A stretch of DNA of 64,000 bases, from NCBI GenBank assembly GCA_965197905.1, contig CBDAOB010000005.1, forward strand, positions 2,592,001 through 2,656,000. Direction: 5' to 3'. Below are positions 20,551 to 31,197 of the stretch, one piece after another. The stretch is from Candidatus Latescibacterota bacterium (lineage in GTDB: Bacteria > Latescibacterota > UBA2968 > UBA8231). Numbering within the stretch: position 1 is the first letter of the stretch; every line of letters begins with the position of its first letter. Below the pieces are notes generated by a model, which saw only the letters and a program-made list of their open reading frames with translations, made no database searches and was not told the origin of the DNA. The translations under genes and the position numbers were made by a program.

Positions 20551-22678
20551 CTATCGCGTTTCCCCGAGCACCTCCCAGATTTGATAAATGGGGGTGTCGA
20601 TCGTAAGCGGCCGGAAGTATTTCCGATCGAAGACGTGGCGTACGAATAGCTGGTTAAACACCGACTGGCCGAAATCAGGAGATGTCAAGGCTGCGAACGC
20701 ATAGCTAGCATTCAAATCGAGCTGCATACCCCGCTCGTGATAACTCTTCTGTCTCCTCCGGTTTTCGTCGAAAACGCTCAGAATGGTAATGGGAATCCGT
20801 GATTGAACTCGACTAAGCCCGGGTGTTATGTAGTTTGGCCGATAACTCTCCCTGTTAAAACGTACGAATCCCGTGGTCAAATCAATCGCGATGTCGTTGT
20901 CGAACAACAACTGTTCGCCACTTCTGGTTGCTCGATATAGCGGTATGAATTCCGGATGAATGCCGTCCTTTTTTCCGATGTCCCACGTTCCGAACCAATA
21001 CCACCAGTGCACGCTGTCGACCATCAACTGGTCCAGGTAGAGATAGACAGGAGGTGCTTCCGCGGGATAAAAAAAGTCGAGCCAATCGTCGACGGACCGG
21101 TACGAGGATACGGTCTTCAGATTGGCATCTTCAAGTGTTTCAGCCGCCCTCCGCGGCCCTTCGTCCAAAATTTTAGTCATTAGCCGCATTCCTGCTTCTT
21201 TGTCTCCGTCGGCAGCTTCGTAAAGTTGCCCAATTCCAGTCTTCCCCCGCACTACGTAGAAACGCATGAAGTTGGCGGCAAACCGGAAACTGGGCGATGC
21301 CATGGGCATACCGTTGTAGACCGTTCGCTCGCCATCATGCGCCGACCCATCGTTGATCGTTCCCCTCCGGGCCCAATAGTTCAGGCTATACCCGTGGTCC
21401 CACCAAGCCCATATTATGGCGTCCCCAGGCGTGCTCGCGGAAATTTGATCCATGGCAGCCACGTAGTACCCGAGTTCCTTAGGTTGGAGAACCTGACGCA
21501 TGTCGTGACGGATCAACGGCCACAAAAGAACCCCGCCGATGATTGGAGCGACAAAAGCAAGCTTCCTCCGGTCCTTGCACCGGCGCCAAATCTCATTCAG
21601 GAGAAATCCGATTCCCAGACCAATCACCGGAACCAGGAAGATGAGGAACCGCATTGCCAAGATGGAAAGCGCTCCGAGTGACAGCAATACGAGGAGCAAC
21701 AGAAAGTCACGACGGTGACGGGCGGCGCACCATATGAGACCCGCTACCGCGATTACAAAATGGAACCAACCGTGCGCGGCTAGGTCGACGATAGCACGAA
21801 GATTTGCCCCTTCCTGTTCGAGCACCGACACCCCTATGTTCGGAAACGCTTCCCTCTTTGCCTCGACGATGTACCCCAACGACGCGGCGATCGATTGTAG
21901 AAACAGCGCAGGCAGATCGAACCCTAGCGTAGCCAGTGCGATCATTGCTGCGCAGCCGCAAGCGCCCGAGAAAAATCAAACCTTCCCGGCGTTTGGGGCG
22001 ATAGTGGAGGACCAATGACAATACAAGTGCCATCGCGGAGATAGCGACGACAGCATGCTCGGCTTGATCCCACCACCAGATGAACAATCCTGCACTGGTT
22101 ATTGCGGCGCAGAAATAGGCGTAACGCCGAACTGAGGTCTCCACGGCGAAGCGTAGAAGGAAATACAGAATCAGCAAAGTCCATGTTACGTTCAGACAAT
22201 CGGTGTCAAACCAACCGAAACCGGTCCTGTAAGCGTACAAAGGGGAAAATACGGCAAACAACCCAGCCGTGACTCCTATCGATGTGCCGCCGTAAAACCG
22301 GCCCAGAGCGAAAAGTGGCACGGCGATGAAGGACCCGAGCACGGTCGGTAGAACCGCGGCAATCCAGGGCATGGAAAAGGGCGTCGCGACATTGAGAAGG
22401 GCGGCGATGCAGGAAAGCAATGGGGGCACGACAGGTCGCGGCGCGAAATCGGGAACAGCCCGATGTGTATCCACCGGAGAATAGGTACCCTCCACGAGAT
22501 CCCGCGCCAGGCTCATATAGAAGGGAGCGTCGAACGTGGTCAGCATCGGCTCTCCGTCGTGAAAATAGATTTCCGGATGCTTTTTCCACTCGTGGATATC
22601 CGCCAGCCGAGTGCCAGCCCCGCACGAGACGATGGCCAGTAGTACCAGGACGTGTTTCCAGAACCGGCTGGTACTCAC
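20551..22678 (-). CDS. pglB: STT3/PglB-family oligosaccharyltransferase (~708 aa joined; one extra G near 21966-21968)
   Basis: TTFDAPFY, YRTGFGWFDTD, SVLE (TIQE/SVxE motif), WWDHG (WWDYG motif), DGSAH (DGGKH motif). ORFs 21707..22678 and 20551..21945 join. Confidence 0.85.
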
Positions 22679-23464
22679 TTACCAGGCCGTCCAGCCACCG
22701 TCGATCGGCACGATGGCTCCGTTGACGTAAGCGCTCGCTTGAGAAGCCAGAAACAACAGAGCTGTGGCCAACTCGGTTGGACGTCCGAACCGGTGCTGTG
22801 GTGTCAGCGAGCCAAGAGTGGTGTTTGCTTTCCTGTTGGCCAGCAGCGAGCTGGTCATCTCCGTTTCGAAGTAACCCGGTGCGATGGCGTTCGAGGTGAT
22901 TCCAAACTCCGCCCACTCCACCGCCTGAGATCTCGTGAGCCCGATCAAGGCATGCTTGCTTACGGTATAAGCGCCTAAGCCGTCGATCGGGGCGGCGCTC
23001 ATCCCGTGCACCGACGCGATGTTGATGATGCGCCCTGAACCTGTTTCTGAGAGGAGCGGGAAGAGAGCTTTGGCCAACAACCATTGGGATGTGACGTTAA
23101 GATCGACTACGTCGTTGAACCTAGATTCCTGCATTTCTTCCAATCTAGCCCGGTCGGCGATTCCCGCATTCGCCACCAGAATGTCGCAGCCGCTGAGACG
23201 GGCGGTCGCGCACTCGGCGACACGAGCGATTTCTCCCCGATCGGAGAGATCGGCGGTGAAGGTAAAAACACGCCCCTCGAACTCTTCCAGCTCGGCAGCG
23301 AGCATCTCGAGTCGTTCGGACCTCCGGGCTACGATCAACGTGTCCGCGCCGGCACTGACCAGTGCTCTCGCCATTTCCCGCCCGAGTCCGCTGGACGCTC
23401 CGGTGACGATCGCTTTACGTCCCTTGCATCCGAAAAGGGAGTAGAGGTAATCCGCACTATTCAT
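22679..23464 (-). CDS. SDR-family oxidoreductase (gluconate 5-dehydrogenase-like)
   Basis: TGASSGLG, ANAG, YTVSK (YxxxK), IAPGYF, DGGW. Confidence 0.9.
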   Translation of the reverse strand: MNSADYLYSLFGCKGRKAIVTGASSGLGREMARALVSAGADTLIVARRSERLEMLAAELEEFEGRVFTFTADLSDRGEIARVAECATARLSGCDILVANAGIADRARLEEMQESRFNDVVDLNVTSQWLLAKALFPLLSETGSGRIINIASVHGMSAAPIDGLGAYTVSKHALIGLTRSQAVEWAEFGITSNAIAPGYFETEMTSSLLANRKANTTLGSLTPQHRFGRPTELATALLFLASQASAYVNGAIVPIDGGWTAW

Positions 23465-23478
23465 TAGAGCTGTCGGTG

Positions 23479-24783
23479 TCAGACGGGCGCCCTGAACCGA
23501 GCGAAATGGATCTGATCATCTAGCAGTGTCAAAGCGGTGAAGCTCTGGATGTCGGTGCGGGTTGAATCGAGATGGGCAACCGCGTTGCGGAGAAATCGCC
23601 ATTGCCCCTCACTGGATGGACCCCGGTTCTGGAGTTTCCGATTGAACGCGACGATCTCGTCCTCTGGCTTGTCCAATCGCGCTCCGAGCCAATCAGCTAC
23701 CGATTCGTCCGTATCTCCGTTGTCCAGCCCTGTAAGAAACTCATCCTGAGTGAGACCGAGAAACTCCAGTACGGCCCGGTCGATGCCCGACTCGTCGCCG
23801 AACCAGTACCCGCCCAAGGCATCGGACCGGACGGCCCTGGCCTTGTCGATCATCCGTGCGAGTCCGGTCAGACCTCCCACCTCGGTATCATATGGACTTC
23901 TGGGCGGCCGGCGATTCAGGTCCACGATCCCAAAGTTATTCTGGTCATCATAATCGATCAGATCAAACACGCGATCGATCTCGACCCGCTCCGGACACAG
24001 TCGGGACCGCAGCAGGTTCAATCGCTCTCGACCCTGCCCGGATAATCCGAAACGGGTGCGTTCCGCATTGAAGATCGAAATCTCCGTCGCTGTTCGCCGC
24101 GTTTGCGAGCGCACCCATTCTCCCAGCTCACCATCGTTCGGGTTCTCGTAGGCAGCCTCGGTAAATGTCTCGACTTCGATTCCGAGAAATTCCATGGCGC
24201 GGCGATCGAAGCCTGAGTTCTCGCCGTACTTGTAGTCACCGATCTTGCCGACTTTGAAGGCACGGGCCTTGTCAGACATCCTGGCAAGGGTTACAACTCC
24301 TGCGACGGAACGCAGATAAGGGCTGCGGGGAGGACGCCGCGTCAGATCGCGATCGCGGAAGGACCCCCAATCATCGAGCTCGATGGATTGCAGCACCGTC
24401 GTGATCTCGGTGCTCCCCGGCGCATACTTGGCCACCCGCTCCTGTAGCAATCGGCGATGCAGATCATCCTGGGGCTCGAGCTCGAAGTATCCCCGATTGA
24501 ACGATGCGATCTCCTCAGGCGACCTCTGTAACCGTTTCGTGATTTCAGACTCAAGCGCCTCCTCATCCAGATCGGAGGCGAGATCGGCGAACTCGTCGGC
24601 TTGCATTCCGATAAATGCCAATACGTTGGCATCGAGCCCGGAGTTCGCTCCGTATTTGTACTCGCCGAGCGTCTCGTCGCGCTCTGCCCCGGCTTTGTCA
24701 GTCAGTCTCGCGAGGCCGACTATCCCTGCCATGCTCGTGTTGGTTGGCCTCCGAGGCGGTTGTTTCGAAAGGTCCATCATCAA
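23479..24783 (-). CDS. Protein of three tandem DUF5069-like domains
   Basis: Three repeats of DLxxxPPR(R/S)P...G...LAR(L/M)xDKAxA...GxY..G..SGxD...LxFxG. Confidence 0.75.
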   Translation of the reverse strand: MMMDLSKQPPRRPTNTSMAGIVGLARLTDKAGAERDETLGEYKYGANSGLDANVLAFIGMQADEFADLASDLDEEALESEITKRLQRSPEEIASFNRGYFELEPQDDLHRRLLQERVAKYAPGSTEITTVLQSIELDDWGSFRDRDLTRRPPRSPYLRSVAGVVTLARMSDKARAFKVGKIGDYKYGENSGFDRRAMEFLGIEVETFTEAAYENPNDGELGEWVRSQTRRTATEISIFNAERTRFGLSGQGRERLNLLRSRLCPERVEIDRVFDLIDYDDQNNFGIVDLNRRPPRSPYDTEVGGLTGLARMIDKARAVRSDALGGYWFGDESGIDRAVLEFLGLTQDEFLTGLDNGDTDESVADWLGARLDKPEDEIVAFNRKLQNRGPSSEGQWRFLRNAVAHLDSTRTDIQSFTALTLLDDQIHFARFRAPV

Positions 24784-24850
24784 CTCCGTGAGGTTAATCG
24801 TGGGGAATTTTGTAAGCTAAATCAGACTAATTGCGCCCACAACCGGCCGA

Positions 24851-24879
24851 TTGACGACGACGTGGACGGCCGATATTTT
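24851..24879 (+). promoter_or_regulatory. Putative sigma70 promoter of mutM (near-leaderless transcript)
   Basis: TTGACG-N17-TATTTT, with 8 nt between the -10 box and ATG 24888; no Shine-Dalgarno. Confidence 0.55.
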
Positions 24880-24887
24880 TGCTGCCC

Positions 24888-25697
24888 ATGCCCGAACTCC
24901 CCGAAGTCGAGACCGTTCGCTCTGCAATGGCCCGGCATCTGATAGGCCGCACGATCATCTCTGTCGACTTCTCTGGAAAGCCCCTTCGCGAACCACTGCC
25001 CGAAGACCGCCTTTTGGAGCTCGCAGGGCGGCGGTTTTTACAGGCGCGCCGGCGCGCCAAATACCTGATCTTATCGCTGGACGATGGAAGCTCCCTCCTG
25101 ATTCACCTTGGGATGAGCGGGAATCTGCTTTTCAGGGACGTAGGCGAGTTGCACGATCACGCGGTCTTCTATCTGGATCGCGGCCCGACGCTCGTTTTCA
25201 ACGATCCCCGTCGTTTCGGCCTGCTGCTGGTGCTAAAGCCGGGCGAAGAAATCTCCTGCCCTTACCTATGCGATCTAGGGGTCGAACCACTGCAAGCGGA
25301 ATTCGATAGCGACTATCTACACTCGTTCTGCAAGCATAGATCGCGCCCCATCAAGAACCTGATCATGGATAGCAGGATTGTTGCCGGGGTCGGCAATATT
25401 TATGCCAGCGAAGCGCTATTCCGGGCTGGCATAAGACCGACGATACAGGGCAAACGATTGAGTCGGCGGCGCGTCGAGTTGCTGGTGGACGAGATCAAAC
25501 AGGTTCTTGCGGAGGCGATCGAAGCGGGAGGTACGACTGTAAACGATTACAAAGGATCCGGACAGGGAGGACGATTCCAGCAGCAACTGGCGGTCTACGG
25601 AAGGGCCGACGAAAACTGCCTGGTTTGCGATAGCCCCATACAGAATCGAGTTCTGGCCGGCCGCAGCAGTTTCTATTGCACAACCTGCCAGAAATAG
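24888..25697 (+). CDS. mutM: Formamidopyrimidine-DNA glycosylase
   Basis: MPELPEVE, HLGMSG, DPRRFG, GVGNIYASEALF, C-terminal zinc finger CLVC...CTTCQ. Confidence 0.96.
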   Translation: MPELPEVETVRSAMARHLIGRTIISVDFSGKPLREPLPEDRLLELAGRRFLQARRRAKYLILSLDDGSSLLIHLGMSGNLLFRDVGELHDHAVFYLDRGPTLVFNDPRRFGLLLVLKPGEEISCPYLCDLGVEPLQAEFDSDYLHSFCKHRSRPIKNLIMDSRIVAGVGNIYASEALFRAGIRPTIQGKRLSRRRVELLVDEIKQVLAEAIEAGGTTVNDYKGSGQGGRFQQQLAVYGRADENCLVCDSPIQNRVLAGRSSFYCTTCQK

Positions 25698-25712
25698 AGA
25701 CGTACCTCGGGG

Positions 25713-26312
25713 CTATTTTCCGTTTCTTGAGGGGGCCGTGGTGGTGATTATGTCGTCGATCAGCCCGTACTCTTTTGCTTCCTCGGCAGACATGAAGAAG
25801 TCGCGGTCGGTGTCATTGGAGATCTTGTCGATCTCCTGCCCGGTGTGCTCGGCGTAGATTTCGTTAATTTCGTCCCGCAGGCGTACGATCTCTTTCGCCC
25901 GAATATCGAGATCCGTAGAAGTGCCGGTCACCGTTCCCATGATCAGCGGTTGGTGAATCATGATGCGGGCGTGCGGCCAGGCGAAGCGGCGATTCTTTTC
26001 GCCGGCTGCAAGAAGCACCGATCCCATACTGGCTGCCATGCCCATACAGATGGTGGAAACAGGCGACCGAATCGCCTGCATGGCGTCGTATACCGCCATT
26101 CCGTCCGAGGCCGAACCGCCGGGGCTGTTGATGTAAAACATGATTTCCTTGCCGGCGTCTTCAGTTTCCAGAGCGAGGAGCCTGGTGACGACCGCCTTGG
26201 CCGACTCGTCGTTTACGTCCGACCACAGAAAAATCTTGCGCTCCCTGAAGAGGGTCATCTCCAGATTTTTTTCTTGCAGATTCTTGAGTAGGTCTTCTTG
26301 CTCCTCGGCCAT
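25713..26312 (-). CDS. clpP: ATP-dependent Clp protease proteolytic subunit
   Basis: YINSPGG, AASMGS (catalytic Ser), IMIHQP (His), DRDFFMSAEEAKEYGLID. Confidence 0.95.
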   Translation of the reverse strand: MAEEQEDLLKNLQEKNLEMTLFRERKIFLWSDVNDESAKAVVTRLLALETEDAGKEIMFYINSPGGSASDGMAVYDAMQAIRSPVSTICMGMAASMGSVLLAAGEKNRRFAWPHARIMIHQPLIMGTVTGTSTDLDIRAKEIVRLRDEINEIYAEHTGQEIDKISNDTDRDFFMSAEEAKEYGLIDDIITTTAPSRNGK

Positions 26313-26341
26313 CGTTTCGCTCCCGTTAGGTAGATAGAGTT

Positions 26342-27874
26342 TTGAATATACTTGGAGCCATTGGGGCCGTCAATCGAAGTCGCGTCCTATTGTTGACGGC
26401 GCTTCTGATTCACGCTTTGGTGAAACTTTGGTTCGTAGCGGGTGTGGAGTTGGGCAAGGATGAAGCGGCGTATTGGTACTGGAGTCAGCACCCGGATGCG
26501 TCCTACGCACTGATTCCGTTGGCAGCAATAAAGCTCCTGAATCTCCTGCTTCCCGGCAGCGAATCGATGCTGCGCCTCGGGTCGGTTCTGATGGGCAGCG
26601 GATCGGTGCTCCTGGTCTACCTTCTTGGCAGAAGATCAGAGTTGGACGCGAAGCATTGTATGTGGGGGGCAACGGTGTTTGCCACCTGCCATTGGACATG
26701 GCATACCAGCTCTTTTTTGCATCCCGACGGGTTCCTCATTTTTTTCTGGTTGCTTACCCTAGAAAGGACGATTGCCTGGCGCCGCCACCTGACGATACCA
26801 CGCCTGGCTGCGATCGGATTGCTGGCAGGCATGGCCGTTCTGTGCAAGTATTCAGGTTCGTTCCTCGCCGGTGGCCTGTTCCTTTGGCTCCTCCTCGCCC
26901 ACGGTCCCAGGCACTTCGGAGTCGCGTTGCTTCCTTTCCTGCTTGCGGTTTCTCCCCTGGCCGTCGTGCAGATAGAGACCCTCTTTCACCTCCCCAGAAC
27001 GCTCAGCACCCTGTCGCAGATCGCACCGGACAGCAATCCTGCGATTCAAGTTTTGATCTTTCTGGTCAGTCCGATCTTTTTCGTCTCGCCGTTGTTATTG
27101 TGGATGCTGTACCGATCTCTATTGCATGCGGGACAGGAGTTGCGACGAAACCTAGATCGCGATCTGGCTTTGTTTGTGCTCCCAGCCCTTTGTTTGGTTG
27201 GCGCCTTCGCCTTCTTCGCGCTCTATCGCGGACAGATCAAGGGAAACTGGATCCTTCCTGCCTTCCTCGCGTTGTGGCCGTTCGCTTTTGATCCTCGCAC
27301 CTACCTCGGCGGCATCGGCCCTACGTTCCTGCGATCGACCCTGGCTACGAGCATGCTACAGACCCTGCTGATCGCAGTTTTGCTCAAGTTTCCGGCACTG
27401 GCTGCGGCGATCGCTGAGACCGATACCCTGGCAGGCCTGAACAACAGCTATAGAGAGCTTGTGTCGGCGTCGGACCAAAGGCGCGAGAGCTCGCGGTCGT
27501 GGACCGAGCGCGTCTGCGAGTACCACGGATGGGAGGACTGGGTCGAGAGAATGGAGGCGGTCGCTTCTCGCAGCGGTCTCAACGGTGTTCCGCTGGTCAG
27601 CCATCAGTACGCGGTGACCTTTGGGGTTGCGTTTTACACCAATACGAACCGGGAGGTATTTACGGTCGCCGACCCGCGTTTTCGCGATACCAGCGATCTG
27701 TTTCACCAACGGAAGGAAGAAACGTCGCCTATCCTCTTCGTGGCGAGGGTGGATGCCCCCATACCACACATTCTCGATGCGAATTATCCCATTCAGCACC
27801 GACTCGTCGAGGTTGCACGGCGGTCTGAAGGCTGCTCGTCAGAGTATTACAGCCTGGTGCTGCTCAGCAGATGA
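26342..27874 (+). CDS. ArnT/PMT-like (GT-C) membrane glycosyltransferase
   Basis: DEAAYWYWSQH, HPDG, LCKYS and KGNW motifs with many TM segments. Confidence 0.78.
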   Translation: MNILGAIGAVNRSRVLLLTALLIHALVKLWFVAGVELGKDEAAYWYWSQHPDASYALIPLAAIKLLNLLLPGSESMLRLGSVLMGSGSVLLVYLLGRRSELDAKHCMWGATVFATCHWTWHTSSFLHPDGFLIFFWLLTLERTIAWRRHLTIPRLAAIGLLAGMAVLCKYSGSFLAGGLFLWLLLAHGPRHFGVALLPFLLAVSPLAVVQIETLFHLPRTLSTLSQIAPDSNPAIQVLIFLVSPIFFVSPLLLWMLYRSLLHAGQELRRNLDRDLALFVLPALCLVGAFAFFALYRGQIKGNWILPAFLALWPFAFDPRTYLGGIGPTFLRSTLATSMLQTLLIAVLLKFPALAAAIAETDTLAGLNNSYRELVSASDQRRESSRSWTERVCEYHGWEDWVERMEAVASRSGLNGVPLVSHQYAVTFGVAFYTNTNREVFTVADPRFRDTSDLFHQRKEETSPILFVARVDAPIPHILDANYPIQHRLVEVARRSEGCSSEYYSLVLLSR

Positions 27875-27883
27875 CGGGAGAGG

Positions 27884-30800
27884 TTAGCCAGCCGGCTCAT
27901 CGACCGCGGCAGAGGCCGGAGGCGATGCGGAAGCGGTAATTGCGACGCGGCGCGCGAGAATGCGAAGGTCGTCGAAGAAGGTGTAGCAAAGCGGAACGAT
28001 AACCAGCGTCAACACCGTCGATGCCAGCAGGCCACCAATCATGGTGCGCCCAAGTGGGGCGTACGGCATGCCTATCATTTTTGCGTTTCCCGCCGCCATG
28101 GGGATCAAGCCGCAAACAGTAGTGAACGTGGTCATCAGGATCGGTCGGAAACGATGCCTACCGGCTTCCAGCAGGGCATCGAAACGCGTGACCCCGTCTG
28201 CACGCAACCGATTGGCAAGATCTATGAGCACGATGGCGTTGTTGACCACGACGCCAATCAGAATCACCGTGCCGATTACCGCCAGGAACTCGTAGTTGGT
28301 GTCGGTCAAATACAAGGTCCAGAATACGCCGAGGAAGGAGAACGGTATTGCCACGATCACCGAAAGGGGAAGGACGAACGACTCGAATAGCACTCCCATC
28401 AATAGAAAAACGAATATTACCGCCATGATAACAGCGAACTTCTGGGAGCGATCCGTTTCCTCCATGCGCAGATATCGGGCCCCTTTGTCCCAGCGATAAC
28501 CACGGGGCAGCTCGAACCCGTCCATAGCGCTGTCCATCTGCTCAAACAGCGACTTCGCATCATCCTTGTCCGCAGTCGCCGTTATTCGAAGCACCGTTTG
28601 CCGATTCTCGCGCCTGATGTTGTTCAGAGTGCGGCTGACGTAGAATGTTCCCAGCGCTTCGAGAGGTATTTCGCCGTCCGCGGCGGTGGTGAAGGTAAGC
28701 TTTCTCAACTGTTCAATGCTCTCCCGGTCCCCTTCCTCCGCCCACATGCGAATATTTAGCTCTCTTCCCTCTTCCGCCGCTTGAAAGGTGCTCACGACCG
28801 TCCCCTCCATGCGGTACGCAATGCTGCCCGAAATGGCCCGGGGATCGAGGCCGTGCAGGCGAATCTGGTCGTAATCCAGTCGGATCTGCACCTCTTGACT
28901 TCCCCTCTCGATGTCGGTTTGGACCGAAAGAAACCCAGGGACGTCGGCCAAACGTCGCTCAACTTCTGACGCCAGGCCGACCAGCGTCTCGGTGTTTTCC
29001 CCGTAGAGGTTCAGATTCACCGAGGCCTCCTGTCCAGCCTCTTCGCGGTCGATGCGCAGGATCATTCCAGGTTCCAGTGGCAGGCGCTTCTTAATATCTG
29101 CGGAGATTTCCTTGTAGGTAAGGAATTCCTTCTCCTTGAAACCAAATCTTATCGCCAGATTGTCTAACGCGACGCGATACCAATCCAACGATTCTTCCTC
29201 CTTGAAGAGAAGCTCGAACGTGGCGTGACCCGTGCGGTACCAGGTCCTCACTGCCTTTACGTGGTATTCGTAGATGTGGTTGATCAGGGTGTCCTCGACC
29301 GTGGCGACAAATCGATCGGCCTGCGATTGGGTCTGTCCGGTGGGCATCTCGACTTCCAATCGCAGCCGACGCGAGTTGCCCTGTCCTTCGTCCGTCTTCT
29401 TCATCCCGGCCAACGGTAGCTGGATGCTCGCCATGGCAAGGAGCATGACGATGAGGGTGTCGAGTCGATGATGGAGAACCCACTTCAGAGAACGCAGATA
29501 CCTCTCCTGCAGCCAGGCCAAGAAACGGGAATCTGCTTTTCCTTCTTGGACGGGAAGCCGCTGGGCAGCCACGGGGATGAAGATCATGGCTATGATCAGG
29601 GAAGCGACCAGTCCCACTATTACCGGCATACCTATACGAATCATCCAAAACGAAAAACGTTCGTCATCGCTCATCAGCATGAGGGGCAGGAAAACAACAA
29701 CCGTAGTCAACGTGGCCATGGTAACGGCGAGGCTGACTTCCCCGGTGCCCTCGACGGAAGCGTTGCGCGGATTCGCCCCTGACTGGCGCTTGCGGTAGAT
29801 GTTCTCGACGATCACGATGGCATTGTCGACGACGAGGCCGAGGCTGAGCATGAGTCCCATCATGGTGGCCAGATTCAAGGACCATCCGACGAAATAGAGC
29901 GCCGTTACGGTAACCAGAATAGACAGAGGTATGGCGAGGGTGATGATGAGGGTCATGCGCAGCGCGCGCAGGAAAAAAAGCAGCACCAGCGCGGCAAAAA
30001 GGCCACCCCAGAGTCCAGAAGTCTTCAGGTTATCTACCGACTCTCGCACATGTTTCCCTTGATCCCAAAACACCTCGACATCGATGCCCTGCAATTCGGG
30101 TCGCGCCAGCACGCGGTCCAGCGTCTCGTGCACCTGGCGAGTGACCTGTACCAGATTGGCTCCTGAAGTGCGCCAGATGCCGATACCGAGGGACTGATTG
30201 CCGTTGACGTGATGCGTCCACGAGCTTCTGACCCGGCCCAGTTCGATCTTGGCGATATCGGCCAGCCGCAGATTGTGCTGCGCGTCGACGACGGTTTCCC
30301 GAATCTGATCAACGGATTCGAACCTTCCGGCAGAGCGCACCATCAGTCTGCGTCCCCCTTCGCGAACCTGCCCCCCGGAAAGGGCGAAGTTCTGGCTGCG
30401 CAGGTTTCGCACAACCGTAAAGAGATCGATCCCGTGCCCTCTGACTCGATCTTCATCGATCTCGATCAGCACCTCGGGCCGGCCGTCACCCCACACCTCA
30501 ACCTGTCCGACACCATCCAATCGCTGGAGTGCAGGCTGCACGTAGTTTTCCATCAGAAAAATCGGATCGATGATGCCCGTGTCGAAGGTGACACCCATCC
30601 ACATGATAGGACTGTCGTTGGCATCCCAGTGACGGGCGCGCACCTGCTCCACGGCTTCTGGGAGTTCCGGCCGCACTCGATCGAGGCGATCCCGAACCTC
30701 GGCATACACCTGATCCATGTCCGTTCCGGGTAGAAACTCAATAGTGACTGACGCGCCGCCCCGGTCGCTACTCGCCTGGATCTGCTTAACCCGGCTTACA

Positions 30801-31039
30801 GTGGCGAGGGCTTCCTCGATAGGCAGCGTTACCTTGCGCTCGACCTCGATCGGTGTAGCGTTGGGATAACTCACCCATATGAATAAGCGATCGGACTCGA
30901 TTCCTTCGGGAATGAGATTTAGCGGGATCCGGCTGTAGGCGATGTACCCCACCACCAAAGCGGCAACCAGAAGCATCACCACAGAGACCGGACGATCAAC
31001 GGAGATTCGTGGAAGGAGATACTTGCGCGATTCGGACAT
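27884..31039 (-). CDS. RND efflux permease subunit
   Basis: GLVVDNAIVIVENI, GVVVNNAIVLID, RFRPILMTT; 1051 aa. Confidence 0.93.
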   Translation of the reverse strand: MSESRKYLLPRISVDRPVSVVMLLVAALVVGYIAYSRIPLNLIPEGIESDRLFIWVSYPNATPIEVERKVTLPIEEALATVSRVKQIQASSDRGGASVTIEFLPGTDMDQVYAEVRDRLDRVRPELPEAVEQVRARHWDANDSPIMWMGVTFDTGIIDPIFLMENYVQPALQRLDGVGQVEVWGDGRPEVLIEIDEDRVRGHGIDLFTVVRNLRSQNFALSGGQVREGGRRLMVRSAGRFESVDQIRETVVDAQHNLRLADIAKIELGRVRSSWTHHVNGNQSLGIGIWRTSGANLVQVTRQVHETLDRVLARPELQGIDVEVFWDQGKHVRESVDNLKTSGLWGGLFAALVLLFFLRALRMTLIITLAIPLSILVTVTALYFVGWSLNLATMMGLMLSLGLVVDNAIVIVENIYRKRQSGANPRNASVEGTGEVSLAVTMATLTTVVVFLPLMLMSDDERFSFWMIRIGMPVIVGLVASLIIAMIFIPVAAQRLPVQEGKADSRFLAWLQERYLRSLKWVLHHRLDTLIVMLLAMASIQLPLAGMKKTDEGQGNSRRLRLEVEMPTGQTQSQADRFVATVEDTLINHIYEYHVKAVRTWYRTGHATFELLFKEEESLDWYRVALDNLAIRFGFKEKEFLTYKEISADIKKRLPLEPGMILRIDREEAGQEASVNLNLYGENTETLVGLASEVERRLADVPGFLSVQTDIERGSQEVQIRLDYDQIRLHGLDPRAISGSIAYRMEGTVVSTFQAAEEGRELNIRMWAEEGDRESIEQLRKLTFTTAADGEIPLEALGTFYVSRTLNNIRRENRQTVLRITATADKDDAKSLFEQMDSAMDGFELPRGYRWDKGARYLRMEETDRSQKFAVIMAVIFVFLLMGVLFESFVLPLSVIVAIPFSFLGVFWTLYLTDTNYEFLAVIGTVILIGVVVNNAIVLIDLANRLRADGVTRFDALLEAGRHRFRPILMTTFTTVCGLIPMAAGNAKMIGMPYAPLGRTMIGGLLASTVLTLVIVPLCYTFFDDLRILARRVAITASASPPASAAVDEPAG

Positions 31040-31197
31040 TGCTGGGTAAAGACCGGCTCCGCTGTGGTCTCAATCAGATGGTTCAGCGTCGATGGGCGCC
31101 GGGGCATGAGCCGCGGATTACATCGCAACAGTTGAACGGAGAATCTACGAATGATTTCGCTTGAGAGCAGTACGCCGGTCGGTGGGGTTCTGCGGCG

